From assembly GCA_016204695.1 (NCBI GenBank), contig JACQKD010000001.1, forward strand, positions 68,976 through 132,975: a stretch of DNA of 64,000 bases, in the 5' to 3' direction. Source of the DNA: Candidatus Kaiserbacteria bacterium. GTDB lineage: Bacteria > Patescibacteriota > Minisyncoccia > Phycocordibacterales > UBA918. Below the pieces are notes generated by a model. The model was not told the DNA's origin. It searched no databases and saw only the letters and a program-made list of their open reading frames with translations. Of this stretch, positions 1 to 9,359 are shown one piece after another (the first letter of the stretch is position 1; the number at the start of each line of letters is the position of its first letter). The position numbers were made by a program, and so were the translations under genes.

Positions 1-1
1 T

Positions 2-2833
2 CGTTTTCCGCAGATCATCGGCAGAAAGCCGCTGATCGACCTTGATGCGATTGCGATCGTGAAAGAGATCCTCGACGAGCTTCGCCCGGCACTTTTGCGT
101 CCGCACGGGAAACCAGATTTTTATGTGCGAGATATCTTGGGCAAGCTCTCTGAAGTCAAACGTGAGCACGTCACTCCTGCAGTTTTGAAAGAACGGATTG
201 CACAGGAGCGTACTCGCATCGAACACGAGCCCGACCTGTATCACCAAAAGGGTGCGTACAAAGGAAAGATGAAAGGCGCGTACGTGCAGGAGCTTCGTTC
301 GCTCGACAAGGCGGTGGAATTTGCCGATGTATACGAACGGTACGAACAAGCGCTTGCCGAAAAAGAATACTACGACTATGAAGACACGATCATCGCGGTG
401 ATCGAGACGCTTGCGAAAGACGAGGAACTGAAACTTATCATCCAAGAGGAGTACCAATACATTCTCGCGGACGAGCATCAGGACGCCAACGGCAGTCAGA
501 ACGAGCTGTTGATACTGCTCTCCGATTTTCATGAGTCACCCAATTTGTTCATCGTTGGAGACGAAAAGCAGGCGATCTATCGCTTCCAAGGCGCGTCGCT
601 TGAAAACTTTTTCTCGTTTCAACGGCGATACAAAGATGCGGTACTTATTCCGCTTGCCGAAAACTATCGCTCGACCCAGCGCATTCTCGATGCGGCGCAC
701 AGGATTATTGAGTCTTCGTACAGTGGCGATGGGGATGCGCCGGAGCGGGTGAGGCTCGCCGCGCGAGCGGGACACGAGGAACAGCAGGTGCGGTATCTGC
801 GCGCGCCGGACGAAGACGCGGAGCATGCGGCTGTTGCGGAAGGGGTTGCGCAGTGTGTGCGGGACGGCACGCCGGTGGGGGAGATCGCGATTCTTGTGCG
901 GCGCAACAGCGAGATCGGCGCGATCACCGACGCGCTCGTCCGAGCCGGCGTGCCGCACGTGGGGCATAGTGAAGATCCGGTGCTCGCGCATCCTGTGGTA
1001 CGGGGTCTGCTCGCGATTCTTGCCGCCGTCGCGCATTTTGGGGACGATGCATATCTCTATCCCGTACTTGTATTGCCGTACAGCGGTCTCTCAAATCTTG
1101 ATGTATATCGCCTCATGTCTGCTCCCCGTACGCGACACGGAGGCTTCTATGAGCTTCTGAATGATGAGGAGACAGTGAAAGATATCGGAGTGCGGGATCC
1201 GGCGGCGGCAAAAGCGTTGTATGCATTTCTTGACGCGACGGCTCGCACCGTGCGCGAGCCGTCGCTCGTCTCCCGTATCGAGCAAGTATACGTTCGCTCC
1301 GGTTGTCTCGCATACGTCCTCACACGAAAGGACGCGCTTGCCGCACATGATACGATACGCGCCTTTTTTCGGTATGTACGGTCGCTCATTGATGCACATC
1401 CGACATGGGGGCTGACGGATCTCCTTGCGCGACTTGAAGAGGCAAAGGAATATCGCCTTTCGGTTGCCTGCGCGCACCATCACTCGGAGAATGCGGTCTC
1501 GGTCATGACCGTACATCGCGCCAAGGGCATGGAATTCGATCATGTATTCATTCCGCATCTCTCCGACCGGCTCTGGGGCGCATACCGCCGGTCGGAGCAT
1601 CTATCTCTGCCTGTCTTTTCCTCTCTACCAAAGAGAATGCGTCAAAAAATCTCTCATATGCGCGGCGCCGAGGAGCGAGAACACGAGGCGTATACAACAT
1701 ACGATGAGGGTTCGAGTGACGAAGGCAACAAAGCAGATGAGGATTTTAGGATGCATTCTGCCGAAGACGACGAGCGGCGCCTACTGTATGTCGCCATGAC
1801 GCGCGCCCGGAAGACGCTGACGCTCTCGCATGCCGATATCGGCGCCGACGGCAACGAGCAAGTACCGTCTCGGTACCTTGCGGAACTCGAAGGGGAGCAT
1901 GTCACGCAAGTATTGGTCGCCCCCGCGGATGTGCAGACATTTGCGGCGGCTATCGGTGGAGAAACGCCGATCGGGCTTTCAGAGGAAGAAAAGGCGTTTC
2001 TGCGCAAGCGGCTCACGGAGCAGGGACTTTCCGTCTCAGGGTTGAATGATTATCTTGAGTCGCCATGGAAGTATTTTTTCCGGCATCTGCTTCGCGTCCC
2101 GGAGGTGCAACCGCCGCATCTGTCGTACGGCACGGCGATGGATGAGACATTGAAGTGGTATACCGATAAACGAAAGGACGGGCACGTACCGGCCGTTGAT
2201 GAAGTGATGCGACGATTTACCGGTGCACTGTCGCACCAGCCGCTCTCACAGAAAGATTTTGAAACGTATCGTGCGCGCGGCGAGGGTGCGCTTGCCGGGT
2301 ATCTCGCGCAGTATGCGGATGCGTGGCATGTCGACAGCGAGAGCGCGGTGCGCATCCGCGTCCCGTTTGAGACCGGTATTGAGGAGCTCCCCGTGATCAC
2401 CTTGCGCGGCGAACTCGATAAGGTTGAACGGCTTGATCCGCCGGCCGGCGGAGGCAGGGTCAAAATCGTGGACTACAAGACCGGTAAGCCCAAGACGCGC
2501 GGGGAGATAGAAGGAATGACGAAGACTTCGAACGGTAACCTCAAGCGCCAACTTGTTTTTTACACGCTGCTGCTCGAAACGGATACTGTCCGCGACTGGT
2601 GGGTTCATGAGACAATGCTGGATTTTGTTGAACCGGACAAGACAGGAAAGTATCATCGCGAGTCATTTATCACCACCAAGGACGATCTTGCGTCGCTCCG
2701 CGGGGTGATCTGTCAAACCGTTAAAGCGATTAATGACTTTTCCTTTTGGGACGACCCATGCGAGGTGGCAGACTGGGAGCTGAAAGGATGCGCGTTAGTC
2801 GAAGCTATCAAAAAAAGAAAAACATCTTTTTAG
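2..2833 (+). CDS. UvrD/PcrA-family helicase fused to a C-terminal PD-(D/E)xK (Cas4/AddB-like) nuclease domain; 5'-partial because the frame is open from the window edge
   Basis: UvrD C-terminal helicase motifs (VMTVHRAKGMEFDHVFIP, LLYVAMTRARKTLTLS). C-terminal RGELDKVERLD...VKIVDYKTGKPK resembles a PD-(D/E)xK nuclease. There is no stop between position 2 and the first Met, and no N-terminal Walker A is visible, so the N-terminus lies outside the window. Confidence 0.8.
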   Translation, partial: RFPQIIGRKPLIDLDAIAIVKEILDELRPALLRPHGKPDFYVRDILGKLSEVKREHVTPAVLKERIAQERTRIEHEPDLYHQKGAYKGKMKGAYVQELRSLDKAVEFADVYERYEQALAEKEYYDYEDTIIAVIETLAKDEELKLIIQEEYQYILADEHQDANGSQNELLILLSDFHESPNLFIVGDEKQAIYRFQGASLENFFSFQRRYKDAVLIPLAENYRSTQRILDAAHRIIESSYSGDGDAPERVRLAARAGHEEQQVRYLRAPDEDAEHAAVAEGVAQCVRDGTPVGEIAILVRRNSEIGAITDALVRAGVPHVGHSEDPVLAHPVVRGLLAILAAVAHFGDDAYLYPVLVLPYSGLSNLDVYRLMSAPRTRHGGFYELLNDEETVKDIGVRDPAAAKALYAFLDATARTVREPSLVSRIEQVYVRSGCLAYVLTRKDALAAHDTIRAFFRYVRSLIDAHPTWGLTDLLARLEEAKEYRLSVACAHHHSENAVSVMTVHRAKGMEFDHVFIPHLSDRLWGAYRRSEHLSLPVFSSLPKRMRQKISHMRGAEEREHEAYTTYDEGSSDEGNKADEDFRMHSAEDDERRLLYVAMTRARKTLTLSHADIGADGNEQVPSRYLAELEGEHVTQVLVAPADVQTFAAAIGGETPIGLSEEEKAFLRKRLTEQGLSVSGLNDYLESPWKYFFRHLLRVPEVQPPHLSYGTAMDETLKWYTDKRKDGHVPAVDEVMRRFTGALSHQPLSQKDFETYRARGEGALAGYLAQYADAWHVDSESAVRIRVPFETGIEELPVITLRGELDKVERLDPPAGGGRVKIVDYKTGKPKTRGEIEGMTKTSNGNLKRQLVFYTLLLETDTVRDWWVHETMLDFVEPDKTGKYHRESFITTKDDLASLRGVICQTVKAINDFSFWDDPCEVADWELKGCALVEAIKKRKTSF

Positions 2834-2863
2834 TCTTTTCTGCCGGAGGCGATGACTTTGCCG

Positions 2864-3667
2864 TTACTCGGCTGATGTCGTATCCGACGCGGTCGGCTGG
2901 TCGGGTACCTGCTTGGTGAGATTGGCGAGTATTTCGTCGAGTCCCGAGACCATTTCGCCGGTGCGCCCACGGTAATTTTCAAACGGAATGGCGCCCGGAA
3001 GTTCGGTGAGTATTTCGTTGCCGGCAACAATGAGCGTGTGCGGTGTACCTTCGCCGCCTGCGGCAATCGCTTCCGTCACCGCAGAATCTATCGTGCTGTC
3101 ATACTTGCCGCTCTTGAAACAGAGCTCGAAACGGCCGCGATCGGCTCCCGCCTGCTCGGCGAATTCGGGAAGGCGACCCATGTCGGTGAAGCCGAGGTAG
3201 TCCTGCATCGTGCCCGTTTCCGGATCCTTTCTTTGCTCGATCGGCTTTCCATCAAATACAAGGTCGGTGAATTTCCAGAATGCTTCATTGCCGCCTATCT
3301 CCGCGACGCACTCGCTGGCCGCGGCGATCTTGAATGCATTCGGATGCAGTTGCTTCAGCGGGAAGTGGCGATACACCCACGCGACCTTGCCGTTGGCGCC
3401 GTATTTTTCGATTGCGCGACGCATTGTCGTATGGAACTGACTGCAGAACGGACAGTCATAGTCGGAATACTCGACGACGACGATTGGTGCGTTCGGATTT
3501 CCTCGGACGTGATCCTTGTCATCGATGGGACGTACGGTAACTTCTTCTTTTGTCGGCGTGACGGTTGTCGAGGGGGTCTTGTTTCTGCCGTTGAGATAGA
3601 TCGCTCCGGCGATCAGTGCGGCGGCAACGACGATGGCGACAGGTACGGCAAACGAGCTTTTATTCAT
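2864..3667 (-). CDS. DsbA-like thiol:disulfide oxidoreductase with an N-terminal membrane anchor or signal
   Basis: CPFC active-site motif in a thioredoxin-fold context (VVEYSDYDCPFCSQFH). I moved the start to MNKSSFAVPVAIVVAAALIAG (ATG at 3667) rather than the long upstream ORF start. Confidence 0.75.
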   Translation of the reverse strand: MNKSSFAVPVAIVVAAALIAGAIYLNGRNKTPSTTVTPTKEEVTVRPIDDKDHVRGNPNAPIVVVEYSDYDCPFCSQFHTTMRRAIEKYGANGKVAWVYRHFPLKQLHPNAFKIAAASECVAEIGGNEAFWKFTDLVFDGKPIEQRKDPETGTMQDYLGFTDMGRLPEFAEQAGADRGRFELCFKSGKYDSTIDSAVTEAIAAGGEGTPHTLIVAGNEILTELPGAIPFENYRGRTGEMVSGLDEILANLTKQVPDQPTASDTTSAE

Positions 3668-3743
3668 ATGGAAAATTTGCTTACAATAGACGTTTCCCAG
3701 TATAGCATATCTGTCGGGGTGGTATACTGCCCGTGCAAAACCT

Positions 3744-4556
3744 ATGGAATTCATCGTCGCGGCAGTACTAGGGCTCGTGCAGGGCATTACCGAGTTTCTC
3801 CCGGTTTCCTCGACCGGGCATCTTATTCTCGCCCGGGCCTTCTTGGGAGTGGAAGGGGCGGGCAGTCTCGCATTTGACGCGATACTGCATCTTGCGACCG
3901 CGCTCGCGGCGGTCACGTACTTTCGTCGCGACATCTGGTTGCTCGTTCAGACGTTTCTTCGCTACGTGGGCATGCTTCCGGTCGGCGGACGGGATGTCTC
4001 GCTCCTCTTTGCGGTTATTTTCGGCACGATCCCGGCGGCGATTGCGGGACTGTTTCTTGAGGAGTTGATGGAAACGGTATTTCGCTCTCCGCTCATCGTG
4101 GCGGCGATGCTGGTCGCTGGCGCAGTCCTGCTCGGTGCGGCGGAGTATGTGCATGCGCGCAAGCATCTGTTCAAAAAACATGTCACCGTCCAAAGCGGGG
4201 TGATCGTCGGCCTCTTCCAGACGCTGGCGCTGATCCCCGGAGTGTCCCGCTCGGGCGCCTCGATTTCAGGAGGTCTGTTCACGGGTCTTACGCGCGCCGA
4301 TGCGACCCGGTTCGCCTTTCTGCTCGCGATTCCCGTACTTCTCGGTGCCGGCGTTAAAAAGACACTCGAACTGCTTTCTCATGGAGAAGATGTTTTCTGG
4401 GCCCCCATTCTTTTTGGTGCGTTGGTCGCTTTCGCGGTCGGTTTCGGCGCGATCCATTTTATGATCACCTACTTGCGCCGTCACACCTTCTGGCCGTTCA
4501 TCTGGTACCGCGTTCTGCTCGCGGCTGTTGTCGCTTTACTCGTATTTGCCGGGTAG
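3744..4556 (+). CDS. uppP: Undecaprenyl-diphosphatase (BacA/UppP)
   Basis: BacA signature ITEFLPVSSTGHLIL, about 8 TM segments, 270 aa. Confidence 0.9.
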   Translation: MEFIVAAVLGLVQGITEFLPVSSTGHLILARAFLGVEGAGSLAFDAILHLATALAAVTYFRRDIWLLVQTFLRYVGMLPVGGRDVSLLFAVIFGTIPAAIAGLFLEELMETVFRSPLIVAAMLVAGAVLLGAAEYVHARKHLFKKHVTVQSGVIVGLFQTLALIPGVSRSGASISGGLFTGLTRADATRFAFLLAIPVLLGAGVKKTLELLSHGEDVFWAPILFGALVAFAVGFGAIHFMITYLRRHTFWPFIWYRVLLAAVVALLVFAG

Positions 4557-4587
4557 TTCCGGATACCGAAATATTAAAACGAACGAA

Positions 4588-4610
4588 CCCACCATATCTC
4601 CAATGGTGGG
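4588..4610. terminator. Hairpin (cccaccat-atctcca-atggtggg) between convergent genes; the U-rich run is mainly on the minus-strand transcript
   Basis: 8-bp perfect stem seen in sequence between the uppP 3' end and the 3' end of the minus-strand gene. Confidence 0.4.
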
Positions 4611-4641
4611 TCGTGAAAACGGGTTATAGGTTGAGGAACAT

Positions 4642-5409
4642 TCACTCGAGGAACTTGACTTGGGTGCGAACTACTGCCCCACCCGAAACTCGGAATTGGT
4701 GGATGTCGTCCACCCCGTTGTAACCGGCTTGTAAAAAGGGACCAACTCGAATTTTCCCCTTTTTGGAGACTGGGAACAACAACTCGCCATTCAGTCCCCA
4801 AACCGGCCCGTCCCCCGGGGCAGTAGTATCGAGCCATTTCCAGACGCCGACCCCAAGCACTAGAGTCGGATCTCCCGGTAGGCCGAGTTTTGTCGATAAG
4901 GTTGCGCCTGTCGCGATTGACAACCAATTCTTGCCTGGGGTCAGCAGGCGTTGGTAGTCAACTTCACCCCAAAGATTCAAGTAACTGACGTCTTCCACGA
5001 GAGAAAAACCGCGAGAGACCTTCAGGCGGGCATCGAACGTGTGAAAGTTTCCAGCGCCTTCGATAACATACGCGTATCCTGCCCCGCTTACGGCGAAGGT
5101 CAAGCCAAGAGCTTCGAACTCGTCTCCTACGCGGAGATCGATCTCTCTCCCGCCTTTACCTCGCAGTGGTAGGAGTCCGAAAAAATCTACGAACAGGCCT
5201 GTTTCCTGGTGGAGGCAGCTGGCCACTGTCGAAAAGGCAGGACCCTTGCCAGCGAATGTCCCTGTGTTGCCAAATAACGCCTGTGAAGTCACTTTGCCCA
5301 GACCAAAGCAAGAGAGTCCCTTTTTGGCCTCCTGTGCGCTGACAATCTCAACGAGGGTGGACAGACCGAGCATGAGAGCAACAACCGTAGTCAGTACGTT
5401 CCGGTACAC
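4642..5409 (-). CDS. Hypothetical secreted beta-strand-rich protein (signal peptide, Gly/aromatic-rich)
   Basis: Start moved to GTG at 5409, preceded by GGAGGTG with a 4-nt spacer. The N-terminus YRNVLTTVVALMLGLSTLVEIVSAQEA looks like a signal peptide. Alternating hydrophobic pattern; no recognisable family. Confidence 0.5.
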   Translation of the reverse strand: MYRNVLTTVVALMLGLSTLVEIVSAQEAKKGLSCFGLGKVTSQALFGNTGTFAGKGPAFSTVASCLHQETGLFVDFFGLLPLRGKGGREIDLRVGDEFEALGLTFAVSGAGYAYVIEGAGNFHTFDARLKVSRGFSLVEDVSYLNLWGEVDYQRLLTPGKNWLSIATGATLSTKLGLPGDPTLVLGVGVWKWLDTTAPGDGPVWGLNGELLFPVSKKGKIRVGPFLQAGYNGVDDIHQFRVSGGAVVRTQVKFLE

Positions 5410-5532
5410 TGGACACCTCCTGTGGTGTTTTTTTGGTAATAGACAGATCAGCGTCTGAGACCAACGCCGATGCGATTTTAACACGACTTGATCTATGTGT
5501 CAAATAGTGTGGTGACCGGTACCACCAATGTA

Positions 5533-6111
5533 CTAGAACGGGAGGGAGTGGGTCATGGCAGTATTGTTTGTCTGCGGTTGCCAGCGGGAGGTGTCTATGG
5601 GGATGTCTCGTTTTTTGAGTCCTTCTTTGATGTGGAGCTTGTTGTTCGCGAGCGCGTATTCGAAGAGGCGTTTGGTGAGCTCGACATCCATCTGACAGTA
5701 TTTTTTTATCTTTTCTATCTCGCCTTGCTTCCACCATTGGATGGCTTGCAAGCCGTTCCCGCTTTTACCTGCGCCGAGTGTGGCTTGTGCGACGGAGTCG
5801 AGGCGCACGCGTCTGCCGAACGAATCTTTGATGGCTTCAAGGAGGTCAATGCTCTGGATATGGAGCAGTGAGCCGGGATAGTATTTATTTAACAGGGGAA
5901 TGTCGAAGTGATTGGAATTGTATCCGACGAGTGCGTCGGCGTGTTCGAAAATCGGCCAGAGCCGCTCAAGTTCGTGGATGCTCACTGTGGTGTATGCGTC
6001 TGTCCCGGAGTCGTACGCGGAGACGACGGAGATGTCGAGCATGGCCGGGTCGTGCGTGCCGATATCATCAAACATGTTTTGTGTTTCGACATCAAAAACA
6101 ACGTAGCGCAT
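5533..6111 (-). CDS. DEDDh-family 3'-5' exonuclease (DnaQ/RNase T-like)
   Basis: MRYVVFDVETQN (Exo I motif), YNSNHFDIPLL (Exo II) and a C-terminal YCQMDVELT (Exo III with H/Y). Start moved to ATG at 6111. Confidence 0.7.
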   Translation of the reverse strand: MRYVVFDVETQNMFDDIGTHDPAMLDISVVSAYDSGTDAYTTVSIHELERLWPIFEHADALVGYNSNHFDIPLLNKYYPGSLLHIQSIDLLEAIKDSFGRRVRLDSVAQATLGAGKSGNGLQAIQWWKQGEIEKIKKYCQMDVELTKRLFEYALANNKLHIKEGLKKRDIPIDTSRWQPQTNNTAMTHSLPF

Positions 6112-6374
6112 AAGGTAAAAGGAATGTTTGGGCCGCAACCGGCTCCGACTGCAAAGTATTTTGGAGCACGCGTCGGCTCGTCCTGCGACTCGCCGCGCTC
6201 CCGCCTTACAGGCGCTGTACACCTTGCGGATATTTTACCTCGACATTCGTCTCGTAAAATATCTCGCAAGGTCTTGCGCCGCTTCGCGGCTCACTCGCCG
6301 CCCCATCCGGTCTTCAGACCGGAACCATGCTGGGGCGGCTCCGAGAGTCTCCAAAATACTTTGCAGTCGGAGCC

Positions 6375-7607
6375 TTACCTGATTTTTTCGATAAGCTCGG
6401 CAATTGTACCACGTACCTCTTCGCCGGAAGACATATTGCGGAGGGTGTACGTGCCGGAGGCGACTTCATCGTCTCCGACGACGATAACGTATGGAATATT
6501 TCGCTTTGCGGCTTGGGCGATTTGGTCTTTGAGCTTTCTGCCGGAGAAGTCAAATGCGATGGGGATGTCGTGTCCCCGTATTTCTTCGCGAACGAGAAAT
6601 GCTTCGTCGATGGCGGCAGGCGAGGCGACAAGCAACATGACGCGCGGGCCGATTGCGAGGTTGGGCAGGAGTTTGTGTGTCTCCAAAAAATCGCGCATGG
6701 TGACATCTCCCATGCCGAAGCCGATTGCCGGGATGGAGTCGCCGCCGAACAGCGTGGTGAGATTGTTGTACCGGCCGCCGCCGAAAAGCGAGCGGTTGTT
6801 CTCAGGCGACGTGTCGAATACTTCAAAGACGATGCCGTCGTAGTAGTCGAATCCGCGGACGATTGAGGGTCTGAATTCGACATTGCGGACGCCAAGCTCA
6901 CCAAGCGCGGCAAGGCATGCCGAGAGGCGTTCGTTCATCAGGCCGTTGAGCTCGCGCTCATCAAGCGGCTTGCCGATGATCTCGGATGCTTCTTCCGCAA
7001 ACGTCGCGATTTTTTCCTTGCGGTCGAGGAGCTTGTACATCTTGTGGGTTTGTTCTTCGTTGAGCGCGAGCGTTTTCGAGAAGTATTCGTTCAGCAGCCC
7101 GCGGTCGTTGACGCAGATGACGAAATCGTCGTCTTGCGCGCCGAATTTCTTGAGAATGTGATAGGCGAGCGCGATGATTTCGGCGTCCGCGTATTGGTTG
7201 TCCGCACCGAAAATATCGCAGTTGAGTTGCCAGTGTTCACGCAGGCGGCCGCGCTGGGTGCGCTCGTAGCGGAAGAGGTTGGGAATGGAGTACCAGCGGA
7301 GCGGGAAGGAAAGCTCGCGGCGGCGCGCGGCGACCATGCGCGCGACGGTCGGCGTCATTTCCGGCCGGAGCGTGACTTCACGGTCGCCGCGGTCGCGGAA
7401 GGTGTATGTCTGCTCGTTGACGATTTCCTCGCCGGTCTTGGCGCGGTAGAGCTCGGCCGGTTCAAGTACGGAGGCATCGTATCGCTCAAAGCCATACGAT
7501 TCGGCGACATTCGCCCACGTGTCGAAGATATAACGCTGAATTGCCATATCCTCGGGATAGAAGTCGCGCACGCCTTTATACGGGTCTGTGGAAAGTTTGT
7601 CGGCCAT
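6375..7607 (-). CDS. hisS: Histidine--tRNA ligase
   Basis: Class II aaRS HisRS motifs over the full 410-aa length. Confidence 0.9.
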   Translation of the reverse strand: MADKLSTDPYKGVRDFYPEDMAIQRYIFDTWANVAESYGFERYDASVLEPAELYRAKTGEEIVNEQTYTFRDRGDREVTLRPEMTPTVARMVAARRRELSFPLRWYSIPNLFRYERTQRGRLREHWQLNCDIFGADNQYADAEIIALAYHILKKFGAQDDDFVICVNDRGLLNEYFSKTLALNEEQTHKMYKLLDRKEKIATFAEEASEIIGKPLDERELNGLMNERLSACLAALGELGVRNVEFRPSIVRGFDYYDGIVFEVFDTSPENNRSLFGGGRYNNLTTLFGGDSIPAIGFGMGDVTMRDFLETHKLLPNLAIGPRVMLLVASPAAIDEAFLVREEIRGHDIPIAFDFSGRKLKDQIAQAAKRNIPYVIVVGDDEVASGTYTLRNMSSGEEVRGTIAELIEKIR

Positions 7608-7657
7608 AATTCCAAGATGAGCTTGATTGTACTCTTTTTGCTTGTTTGTTCAATGGA

Positions 7658-8248
7658 TTATAGTCCGCCGCGGTGATCCTGGAACCCGGCCTCATGGAGT
7701 TCGGCATGTCGTTCGGCCACGATCTTGTCGGCGGCTTCAAGGATGAGCGCTTTGATGTCGCGCGGATTCGGCGCGCCGTTCATGCGGAAGTCCACCTCGT
7801 GGCCTGCGGTTTGCGCGCGGATGTTGCCAAAGTCGAGCATGGTCGGAATGAAGCCGTTGATTTCGATGCTGATGTCTTGCATGCGCTCGTAGCGGAAGCT
7901 GGCGATAATACGCCGGAAGAAGCCCTGCTGATCGATCGTGATGATCCGCTGGTCGGTGATAATCCACATGTCGAGGTAGTAGTCGGTCCAGACGAGAAAG
8001 AGCATCATCCATGCGATGAGTCCCCATGCGGACACGAGGAACAATGCGCCGGTATTGGCGTAGTGGAAATGCTGGAGCAGAGGGATCCCGAGCACGACGT
8101 CTCCCGCAAACAGATAGACGCTTGTCGGTACGATAAGGAGCAGGAGCGGCACGGCGGTATCGCGCATGAGGATGAACCAGTGCTTACGCACGATCTTGAT
8201 GATCTCTTCGTTTTGCTCCAAATGAATGCGTTCGGCGAAAGGTTTCAT
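7658..8248 (-). CDS. Membrane protein with a bacterial PH domain (YdbS/YdbT-like)
   Basis: Two N-terminal TM helices after the KHWFILMRD motif, then a bPH_2-like domain. Confidence 0.55.
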   Translation of the reverse strand: MKPFAERIHLEQNEEIIKIVRKHWFILMRDTAVPLLLLIVPTSVYLFAGDVVLGIPLLQHFHYANTGALFLVSAWGLIAWMMLFLVWTDYYLDMWIITDQRIITIDQQGFFRRIIASFRYERMQDISIEINGFIPTMLDFGNIRAQTAGHEVDFRMNGAPNPRDIKALILEAADKIVAERHAELHEAGFQDHRGGL

Positions 8249-8251
8249 ACG

Positions 8252-8464
8252 TCACAGGGTGGTTAGGACGGCAGTGCCCATGCCCGCGAAGAAACAGAGC
8301 GTACCGATAAGATAGACGGCGAGCGTCGGAGTGACAACGACACTGCTTTCCCCGTATGAGCGCCAGTGGTAGATAAGGAAGAAAGAAAAGAGCGTCGCCA
8401 CAAAAAGCATGATCAGAAAAAGGACCAACATGAGGGATGAAAAGGGGAGGGAAAACGCGAACAT
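8252..8464 (-). CDS. Small two-TM membrane protein, 4 nt upstream of the PH-domain gene
   Basis: 70 aa, two hydrophobic helices, tightly coupled to the downstream gene. Confidence 0.4.
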   Translation of the reverse strand: MFAFSLPFSSLMLVLFLIMLFVATLFSFFLIYHWRSYGESSVVVTPTLAVYLIGTLCFFAGMGTAVLTTL

Positions 8465-8549
8465 ACGAATGCTATATATTCTGCCATACCACAGCCGGTC
8501 TGTTTTGGCCAGTGGGGTATAGCTTCCGGTCGTGTACGGACGGACGTAC

Positions 8550-9311
8550 TCATGAGCGGGTCAGGACACTATATCGGTTTACGTTCCACTGATCGGGGAA
8601 GGTCTCGCACGAGGCGTATGTTGCTATGCAGGGGTGTGTATTGATGTACTCGGCTTGTTCCGGCTCGTGCTCGATGTAGAGCATGCCGCCGGGAGCGAGG
8701 TAGCCCAGCGCGTTCTCTAGGATGCGGGAAATATAGGTCATACCGTCGGTACCGCCAAGAATGGCTTGCGCCGGCTCATACTCCATGACACTTGCATCGA
8801 TCCGGTCGACCAATATCGGGTCAAGGTACGGAGGATTGGTAAGTATGAAATCGTACTGACTGCCCTGCGGTATTTCAGAAAAAAGGTCGCCGCCAAATAT
8901 GCGGATGCGGGAAGGGTCGATGCCGTTTTCTCGGATATTTTTTTCGATGGTCGGATGATGACGCGCGTCGATTTCTGCGAAATCGACGCGCGCCTCGGGT
9001 ACCGCGTGTGCTACCGCAACACCGATGCATCCCGACCCTGCGCAAAGGTCGAGGACGGAAACTCGCCCGTTTCTCTTTTTAATTTCAGCGATTGCGAGCT
9101 CCGTCCAGTACTCCGTCTCCGGTCTGGGTATGAGCGGCCGGGAATCCAGAAAAATAGCGGTGTTCAGAAAGGGGATGTGTCCGATGAGATAGGCAAGCGG
9201 CTCGCGCTCGAAGAGCCGCTTGCAGTCATCAAAAAAAGCCGGCGTTTCCACTCCGCCGTATTTCTCTCGGAGAAGCCATGCGCGTTCTTTTTGTTCGGTA
9301 TCTGTTTGCAT
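8550..9311 (-). CDS. prmC: Release factor glutamine methyltransferase PrmC (HemK)
   Basis: LIPRPETE, VLDLCAGSGCIG (SAM motif I) and the TNPPY catalytic motif. Start set at MQTDTEQKERAW (ATG 9311); the longer track ORF is an upstream extension. Confidence 0.85.
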   Translation of the reverse strand: MQTDTEQKERAWLLREKYGGVETPAFFDDCKRLFEREPLAYLIGHIPFLNTAIFLDSRPLIPRPETEYWTELAIAEIKKRNGRVSVLDLCAGSGCIGVAVAHAVPEARVDFAEIDARHHPTIEKNIRENGIDPSRIRIFGGDLFSEIPQGSQYDFILTNPPYLDPILVDRIDASVMEYEPAQAILGGTDGMTYISRILENALGYLAPGGMLYIEHEPEQAEYINTHPCIATYASCETFPDQWNVNRYSVLTRS

Positions 9312-9359
9312 GTGTACATCTTTTGGTATCCGCGTGCGCTCTGCTACACTATATGCGAT

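Noticed and set aside
5908-6843. 311-aa plus-strand ORF spanning the exonuclease-hisS junction
   Set aside because: Antisense shadow of two well-supported minus-strand genes.
8766-9359. N-terminal 198 codons of the 539-aa plus-strand ORF (8766..10385)
   Set aside because: This part is an antisense shadow of prmC. The aldolase homology begins only at MEHIEYV (ATG 9360), so the real gene is 9360..10385.
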